A stretch of 31,695 nucleotides of DNA, from IMG/VR virus record IMGVR_UViG_3300020227_000010, positions 1-31,695 of that record, one strand, 5' to 3'. A model generated the notes under the pieces. It was not told the origin of the DNA, did no database searches, and worked only from the letters and a program-made list of their open reading frames with translations. Position numbers and translations under genes: made by a program. The first letter of the stretch is position 1. Every line of letters starts with the position of its first letter. Shown piece after piece: positions 28,110 through 31,695 of the stretch. The stretch is from a virus. Its lineage: Duplodnaviria; Caudoviricetes.

Positions 28110-28129
28110 ACTATAAATGAATTACTTAG
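27955..28129 (+). ncRNA. Putative TnpB omega-RNA (scaffold to 28109, guide from 28110)
   Basis: CCAT/ATGG hairpin whose loop CGTTGT (27966-27971) is complementary to ACAACG (28103-28108) at the element end; CCTTTG/CAAGG and GTATC/GATAC nested stems; located downstream of the tnpB remnant. Confidence 0.65.
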
Positions 28130-28338
28130 CTAATGTATTTTTAAATAATAACTGGTTTATTAAAATAATAACGATTGTATTACTTACAATTATATTATGT
28201 GGATTAGTATATGTAGTAAGTGCTTTATCATTATTCTTATCTACAGTACTAAACCTACCAGGTTTGATTGTCCTAGCATTTTTAGCTAGTGTTAGTATTA
28301 TTCTTTTATCAATTGTAAATAAAAAGGAGGATAGATAA
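28117..28338 (+). CDS. Small membrane protein (2 predicted TM segments)
   Basis: Long hydrophobic stretches; only a weak SD (GGA) left at the IS junction. Confidence 0.75.
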   Translation: MNYLANVFLNNNWFIKIITIVLLTIILCGLVYVVSALSLFLSTVLNLPGLIVLAFLASVSIILLSIVNKKEDR

Positions 28339-28523
28339 TGGGTAATATTATTGTATCTATATTTATAGCTTTATTGTTTATACTTCAAATAGTATCTAGT
28401 GTTTTATCTAACAAACTATTTATACAAGGTGATGAAAACTTAAGTAATACATTTTTATTGAGCTCAACTATTTGTATGGTAGGTGTTTTCATTTTAGCTA
28501 GTTTATTAATATTATTAGGATAA
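28338..28523 (+). CDS. Small membrane protein (2 predicted TM segments)
   Basis: SD AAGGAGG, TAATG overlap, hydrophobic. Confidence 0.75.
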   Translation: MGNIIVSIFIALLFILQIVSSVLSNKLFIQGDENLSNTFLLSSTICMVGVFILASLLILLG

Positions 28524-28546
28524 AAAAAGGAAAGGAGAAAAGATAA

Positions 28547-29212
28547 ATGGATTACACAAAATATAGGTTAGCATACAATGGAGGAGCTTTAACTACTCAA
28601 GGTGCTAAAGATTTTTGTTTGAAAGTGAATGACATTATTGAAGGTGCAGATATAGAAACATATACACCATCAAAAAATAAAAAAATTAACGATAAAACAA
28701 CTCTAGGTAATAAAGATATAGCTAGAATGATAGTAGCTAAGGATAGTGAAGCTATTATTAACTCTGATGTTAGAGTGTTTAATGCAGAATTATCACCAGG
28801 AACATTAATTGAAAGTGGTCAAGTGTTAGGTATGTATGACATGTCTAATATTATATATAATACTATTGAAACGTTAAAAGAAGAAAATCATAGTTCAGAC
28901 TATGTATTAAATGCTATACAAACAATTTGTGGTTATGAAATGTCTAAGGACTTTATTTTATATGACACAGATATTAGATACCATGAAGAACCTGAATCAG
29001 GTTATAGAAGAAGCTCGTTTAAACATCAATACCAAAGAGGATTAGGAATGAAATTGATGGGTAATGATGATGGGTATATAAGATTTGAAACCTTACAAGA
29101 TACCTTAGATAAACTACTTAAAACAAAAACACAAATTTACTCTATATCTATGGATGATGAGGGTAATATTGAGGAAGTAAATACAATATTCCAAGGAGAA
29201 GTAGAACAATGA
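28547..29212 (+). CDS. Nucleoside 2-deoxyribosyltransferase/N-glycosidase-like protein
   Basis: N-terminal Y.GG, YTP...INDK, D.EAI..SD, GTLIESG (catalytic Glu position of the NDT fold), DIR. Confidence 0.75.
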   Translation: MDYTKYRLAYNGGALTTQGAKDFCLKVNDIIEGADIETYTPSKNKKINDKTTLGNKDIARMIVAKDSEAIINSDVRVFNAELSPGTLIESGQVLGMYDMSNIIYNTIETLKEENHSSDYVLNAIQTICGYEMSKDFILYDTDIRYHEEPESGYRRSSFKHQYQRGLGMKLMGNDDGYIRFETLQDTLDKLLKTKTQIYSISMDDEGNIEEVNTIFQGEVEQ

Positions 29213-29802
29213 ACATAGAAGCACTAGCATGGATATTATTCTTTTTATCTGGTATACTATACATTGTAGGATACCTTCCTGGGCTGAGAGCTATGTATAT
29301 AGATAAGGATGTAGAAGGAGTATCACAATTCTTTTGGGAACTGGTATTAACTACAGTTTCCTTTAGTTTCTACACTTTAGTTGTTACAGGATCAGATATT
29401 GTAAACATTATTGTAGTAGGTTGTAATATGTTTTTAGCTTTAGTTATGTTAGCTTGGAAGAATATGTTAAGATATCAAGCAATAGGAATATTATACACAA
29501 TATTATATATTGTAATAAATTTAATGGTTTATTTTACACTTGGTATCCCACTACACATCTTACAGTCTATAGCAACATTAACAATTATTTTAGCATATAT
29601 AGATCAGATTATTAGATTTGTAGTAAGAAAAACAGCAGTAGGTACAAGTCCTTTATTATATTTTATCTTAGGAATGGCTATACTGTTTTTAATACTTAAT
29701 TTATTATTGACACATGCTTATATACATGTTATAATAACAGAAGCAGTTAACCTAATCTTAATTATGATATGTTTCTTTATGTGTATGAAATATCGAGCTT
29801 GA
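29209..29802 (+). CDS. PQ-loop/SWEET-like membrane transporter (two repeats)
   Basis: Repeats GYLPGLRAMYIDKDVEGVS and AYIDQIIRFVVRKTAVGTS each followed by TM helices; ATGA overlap with the NDT-like gene. Confidence 0.65.
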   Translation: MNIEALAWILFFLSGILYIVGYLPGLRAMYIDKDVEGVSQFFWELVLTTVSFSFYTLVVTGSDIVNIIVVGCNMFLALVMLAWKNMLRYQAIGILYTILYIVINLMVYFTLGIPLHILQSIATLTIILAYIDQIIRFVVRKTAVGTSPLLYFILGMAILFLILNLLLTHAYIHVIITEAVNLILIMICFFMCMKYRA

Positions 29803-29827
29803 CAAGAATGGAAACAGATGTTATAAT
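29799..29827 (+). promoter_or_regulatory. Consensus sigma-A promoter for the recombination operon
   Basis: TTGACA (29799-29804), 17 bp, TG-t-TATAAT (29822-29827). Confidence 0.85.
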
Positions 29828-29855
29828 AGATAGGTAACTTGAAAGGAGGAGTTTG

Positions 29856-30338
29856 ATGGAAATTTATGTTGATAGTTTAGATTTTGATACTTTTACAATT
29901 ATTGATAAGAATGGTAATAGAGAAAATCTTAACATTAATGATGAATTAATGATTGATGAAAATAACATCAACGAAGAATTTATGAAACAATCAGGTAAGT
30001 ATGCTTACTGGGCTTCATTGTTAGAAATTGTAAGACGATACTATGAAGCAGAGCAAAGAAAGTTAGAAACTATAGGTAGTCAGTTAAACTTAACAGTTAG
30101 ACAAGCCTATAAACAAAAAGGTGAAAAACCTACAAAAGATATGATTGAGGCTGACGTGTTTGTTAATCAAAACTATCAGAATCAATTAAACATTGTAGAG
30201 GATTGGTCTTATAAGACTAAACAATTAAATTATATAGTCAAAGCTTTCGAGCAAAGGGTAAATGCTCTAACACACTTAGGTGCTGAACAAAGAAAAACAA
30301 ATAAAAATGGTGGTATTACAAGTCCACTACAATATTAA
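29856..30338 (+). CDS. Conserved 160-aa helical protein, possibly UvsY-like recombination mediator
   Basis: SD AAAGGAGGAG; KYAYW, KPTKDMIE, KAFEQR motifs; precedes SSB-like and RecA-like genes. Confidence 0.6.
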   Translation: MEIYVDSLDFDTFTIIDKNGNRENLNINDELMIDENNINEEFMKQSGKYAYWASLLEIVRRYYEAEQRKLETIGSQLNLTVRQAYKQKGEKPTKDMIEADVFVNQNYQNQLNIVEDWSYKTKQLNYIVKAFEQRVNALTHLGAEQRKTNKNGGITSPLQY

Positions 30339-30355
30339 TTAGGAGAGGAATAAAT

Positions 30356-31573
30356 ATGATGAATTCATTTAGTAATTTTTTATCACAAGAACAACAAAGT
30401 ACAGAGAGCAATTTTAACAATAACCAACAAGAGAGATACCAACCAAAGAATAAAACAATTCGTTTAAATAAACAAAACCCTGAGATTATTGTACGAGTAT
30501 TACCAGGAGTTAAAACACAAGAAGATACAGAAGGTCTTCAATTCTTTAGTAAATTCCGTAGTATTTTCTTAAACTATGTTAAAGGTGATGGAACAGCTAC
30601 AAGCTCACCATTCACATTACCATTCACTATAGGAGAATCAGTATTAGATTCATTTATCTCTAACTGGAAGAATAATAATGTTAAGATTAATGATTACAAT
30701 ACAAACCCTGCACAACGTTATTTAGTAAACGTAATCCCATTAGTATCTAATCAAGGTCAATTCCAATATCAAGTAGATCCTATGGGTAACGTTCTTGTAG
30801 CACCTATGGAATTAACAAAAACATTATTTGACGACTTATCAGTTAAGTTACAAGATGAAAACTTAATGCCGACACAAGATTCTAACTTAAACTTCATTTC
30901 AGAGAACCATGCCTTTGCAGTTAAATTATATCGTACAGGTCAAGGAACAGATACAAGTTATAAAGCAGAAGTTTACCAACGTCAAGATTTAGGTCAATTA
31001 CCACAAGGATGGGAAAACTTAACAAGTGATATTCAAAAAATGGCTGAACCAACAGAAGAAAGTTCACCAGGTTTTGTAAACTTTGTAATCAATAGTATTA
31101 ATGGTACAGATAAATCAATCAAGAACTTTGATTTTGAAGATGATGGTAATACAGCTCCAAGCCAAGGTCAATCTGGAGGACAAGCACCTTCCCAACAACA
31201 AATTGATAATCAAATGCCTTCAAACTTAGGAGCTCCAACTCAAGGTCAACCTGTAGAACAACAACAGCCTGTTCAACAGTCTCAACCTACTCAACAAGGT
31301 AATGTTGATTGGAATAATTTAGCTCAACAACAATCACAACCAGAACAAAGTAATCCATGGTATGGTGTAGATTTAAATAGCGTAGACGACTCACAAGTAC
31401 CATTCAATACGCAACAACAACAGTCACAACCAACACAAACTCAACAACAAGCACCACAACAGAACCAACAACCGCAACAACCGCAACAACCGCAACCTAG
31501 TATTCCTCAGGAACAACAATCACAGAATAAAATGAAGAGTGTAGATGATATTCTAGGTAACATTGGACTATAA
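30356..31573 (+). CDS. Putative single-stranded DNA-binding protein (gp32-like) with long Gln/Pro-rich tail
   Basis: IVRVLP, RYLVNVI, TGQGTDTSY core; acidic-hydrophobic tip VDDILGNIGL; position before recA. Confidence 0.6.
   Translation: MMNSFSNFLSQEQQSTESNFNNNQQERYQPKNKTIRLNKQNPEIIVRVLPGVKTQEDTEGLQFFSKFRSIFLNYVKGDGTATSSPFTLPFTIGESVLDSFISNWKNNNVKINDYNTNPAQRYLVNVIPLVSNQGQFQYQVDPMGNVLVAPMELTKTLFDDLSVKLQDENLMPTQDSNLNFISENHAFAVKLYRTGQGTDTSYKAEVYQRQDLGQLPQGWENLTSDIQKMAEPTEESSPGFVNFVINSINGTDKSIKNFDFEDDGNTAPSQGQSGGQAPSQQQIDNQMPSNLGAPTQGQPVEQQQPVQQSQPTQQGNVDWNNLAQQQSQPEQSNPWYGVDLNSVDDSQVPFNTQQQQSQPTQTQQQAPQQNQQPQQPQQPQPSIPQEQQSQNKMKSVDDILGNIGL
31466..31496 (+). repeat. Tandem repeat (CAACAACCG)x3 encoding QQP
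   Basis: Three exact 9-bp units plus a partial fourth. Confidence 0.9.
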
Positions 31574-31580
31574 GAATTTA

Positions 31581-31613
31581 ATAGTAGCACTTGACTGTGC
31601 TACTATGTTTTTT
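31581..31613 (+). terminator. Terminator-like hairpin with TTGACT loop
   Basis: ATAGTAGCAC-TTGACT-GTGCTACTAT followed by G and T6. Confidence 0.8.
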
Positions 31614-31640
31614 AGATATATAAGAGGAGGGAAATGATTT

Positions 31641-31695
31641 ATGGCAAGAAGTAGTAAAAAACAAGATAATAGTATGAATACAATTGATTTAGGTA
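31641..31695 (+). CDS. RecA/UvsX-like recombinase, 5' end (partial)
   Basis: SD GAGGAGG; MARSSKKQDNSMNTIDLG resembles the MAR...NTIDLG start of K-like recombinases; synteny. Only 18 codons visible. Confidence 0.6.
   Translation, partial: MARSSKKQDNSMNTIDLG

Noticed and set aside
31591-31622. Sigma-A promoter for the recA-like gene
   Set aside because: TTGACT is present but no convincing -10 at 16-18 bp; kept only as a terminator-like hairpin
31634-31654. ATG 31634 as start of the last gene
   Set aside because: Too close to the SD and stops after six codons; ATG 31641 gives the recombinase-like N-terminus
1-31695. Stop-codon reassignment, tRNA or rRNA genes
   Set aside because: In-frame stops in nrdE and polA are explained by introns; long ORFs are intact in the standard code; no cloverleaf or rRNA-like tract seen

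Overview
AT-rich segment of a lytic Staphylococcus myophage of the Twort/K-like group (Herelleviridae, Twortvirinae; genus not determinable by eye), with all credible genes on the + strand. It runs from the end of the tail/receptor-binding module through the replication and nucleotide-metabolism module: SF2 helicase, Rep-like HTH protein, DnaB-like helicase, SbcD/SbcC, gp67-like anti-sigma factor, primase, resolvase, nrdI-nrdE-nrdF-thioredoxin, HU/IHF-like protein, family A DNA polymerase, UvsY-like, SSB-like and the start of RecA. The region is heavily colonised by selfish elements. There are two LAGLIDADG inteins in Walker A motifs (helicase and SbcC) and three group I introns (nrdE with a GIY-YIG gene; polA intron 1 ORF-less; polA intron 2 with an HNH-type gene). 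The ORF track misses a ~359-bp internally deleted IS200/IS605/IS607-type element (27751-28109). It keeps a tnpB RuvC fragment, symmetric end motifs and an apparently intact omega-RNA-like scaffold with a pseudoknot next to a putative guide. The accessory island after polA also carries a nucleoside 2-deoxyribosyltransferase-like gene coupled to a PQ-loop transporter, a very acidic small protein and two broken small genes. Several sigma-A promoters have their -35 box in the loop of a terminator-like hairpin. Family assignments come from recognised motifs and remembered gene order, not database searches.
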